From a virus (lineage: Duplodnaviria; Caudoviricetes): DNA of 35,958 nucleotides. The position numbers were made by a program, and so were the translations under genes. Shown one piece after another: positions 34,633 to 35,958 of the stretch. The stretch covers positions 1 to 35,958 of the IMG/VR virus record IMGVR_UViG_3300032219_002607; one strand, written 5' to 3'. Positions within the stretch are counted from its first letter, which is position 1; each line of letters begins with the position of its first letter. A model generated the notes under the pieces. That model was not told the origin of the DNA, did no database searches, and saw only the letters and a program-made list of their open reading frames with translations.

Positions 34633-35087
34633 ACCAGCCGAAAGAATTCATCGCAATCGACCCAGGTAAGTCGGGCGGCATTGCTTGGAAACTCGCTTAC
34701 GGAGTAAGGGCAATCAAAATGCCAGACACTGAGCCCGACATTTGCGCCAAACTCAAAGAGATTTATTACCACCTCGATAAGCCAACTTGCATCGTGGAAG
34801 AAGTGGGTGGTTACATCGGCCGACCACAGCCCGGATCGGCTATGTTCACTTTCGGCAGGAACTTTGGCTTCCTGCTGGGCACCCTCACCTGCCTGGGTGC
34901 CAGGATAGTCTTAGTGCGTCCACAGAAGTGGCAGGGGTTTCTTGGTCTTGGGAAGTCCGAAGGAGATAAGACAAAGTGGAAGAATAAACTGAAGTCAAAA
35001 GCTCAGAATCTTTTCCCAAGTCTTGACGTAACTTTGTCAACCGCTGATGCGCTACTGCTTCTGGAATATGGAGTTAAAACTGAGTGA
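34629..35087 (+). CDS. RuvC-like Holliday junction resolvase
   Basis: IAIDPGKSGG, IVEEV, FTFGRNFG, VRPQKW, ADALLL. Confidence 0.88.
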   Translation: MNQPKEFIAIDPGKSGGIAWKLAYGVRAIKMPDTEPDICAKLKEIYYHLDKPTCIVEEVGGYIGRPQPGSAMFTFGRNFGFLLGTLTCLGARIVLVRPQKWQGFLGLGKSEGDKTKWKNKLKSKAQNLFPSLDVTLSTADALLLLEYGVKTE

Positions 35088-35958
35088 ACTTCGAACTCTA
35101 TTCATGGCAAAAGGAATCCGCTGAGAAGATATTATCTTCGTTGCGGGAGAATCATGTTGCCGCGGATTGGAGTGACACAGGCACCGGAAAGACGGCAAAA
35201 GCCGTTTGGGTGGCTAAACAACTTGGAAAGCCTTTCGCTATCATCTGCCCTAAAGGGGTAATCCCATCGTGGAAAGAATGGTGTGAAAGGGCTGGGGTAG
35301 AGCCCATATTCATCTTAAATTACGAGAAACTTAGAGCTGGTTCGACTATCTACGGGGATTTCGTAAGTGGGAGTTGGGTTTGGGCAAGCCTACCTCACGA
35401 TGCGTTTCTGATATGGGACGAAGTCCACAAGTGCAAGGGGCCGAACTCCCTTAACGGAAAGATGCTGATTCAATCGAAACAGTTCTACACTCTTCTGCTG
35501 TCGGCCACGTTCGCATCGAACCCTATGGACATGAAGGCAAGCGGGTTTCTCCTAGGACTCCACAAGTACACGGATTTCTTCCCCTGGATGCTAAAGAACG
35601 GAGTAAAAAAGGCTCCTTGGGGTTCGTTCGCCTATTTCGGGGGTAAGGCCAAGCTAATGGTAATCCACGAGGCAATTCTCCCGAAAAGCACCAGAATCAA
35701 GGTCTCCGAGCTTGGGGATGCCTTCCCAGATAACGAAGTTCAGTGCCAGGCGTTTGATTGCGGAGATTCCGATGCCATTTGGATGAGCTTGCAGGAGCGT
35801 CTTGCGGAAATTGAGAACAGCCGTGCTAGCGACAGGCCAAGCCCTATGACGGAAATCCTCCGGGCGAGGCAAGAAGCCGAGATGCTTCGACTCCCAATTA
35901 TCAATGAAATGGCAAACGACTTAGTCGATGAAGGACGAAGCGTAGTTATTTTTTGTAA
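35084..35958 (+). CDS. SF2 (SNF2-like) DExH helicase, truncated at window edge
   Basis: GTG 35084 overlaps the upstream TGA; DTGTGKT (Walker A), IICP, NYEKL, WDEVH, LLSAT. Confidence 0.88.
   Translation, partial: MNFELYSWQKESAEKILSSLRENHVAADWSDTGTGKTAKAVWVAKQLGKPFAIICPKGVIPSWKEWCERAGVEPIFILNYEKLRAGSTIYGDFVSGSWVWASLPHDAFLIWDEVHKCKGPNSLNGKMLIQSKQFYTLLLSATFASNPMDMKASGFLLGLHKYTDFFPWMLKNGVKKAPWGSFAYFGGKAKLMVIHEAILPKSTRIKVSELGDAFPDNEVQCQAFDCGDSDAIWMSLQERLAEIENSRASDRPSPMTEILRARQEAEMLRLPIINEMANDLVDEGRSVVIFC

Noticed and set aside
1-35958. Genome-wide TAG recoding (code 15)
   Set aside because: Long genes are uninterrupted in the standard code and downstream genes have their own starts

Overview
This window is about 36 kb of a temperate tailed phage with podovirus-like architecture and no recognisable host genes. 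The attP-like site appears intact, so it probably represents the free or excised genome. Minus strand (32285 to 1): terminase large subunit, portal, small protein, scaffold, major capsid with a long structured leader, head-fibre-like protein, lysis cassette (XhlA-like membrane protein, probable unimolecular spanin, holin, CHAP-like endolysin with signal peptide), PD-(D/E)XK endonuclease, tail nozzle, giant YDG/MBG protein, tail fibre plus gp38-like adhesin, a six-unit concatenated head-tail adaptor, an Ig/Cys-repeat/lectin protein, and ejection proteins. Rightwards from 32539: tyrosine integrase, two convergent ribbon-helix-helix genes, palindromic operators, excisionase, RuvC-like resolvase and an SF2 helicase (truncated). 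The most notable observations are (1) the 6x tandem adaptor polyprotein, in frame with an Ig/lectin adhesin across a single TAG; (2) a circularly permuted L-type lectin; (3) an attP core resembling the 5' end/D-arm of a tRNA-Lys; (4) an RHH-based switch; (5) a structured capsid leader RNA. All family calls come from motif recognition and gene order, not database searches. The host is Gram-negative by inference from the spanin; Verrucomicrobia is only an impression.
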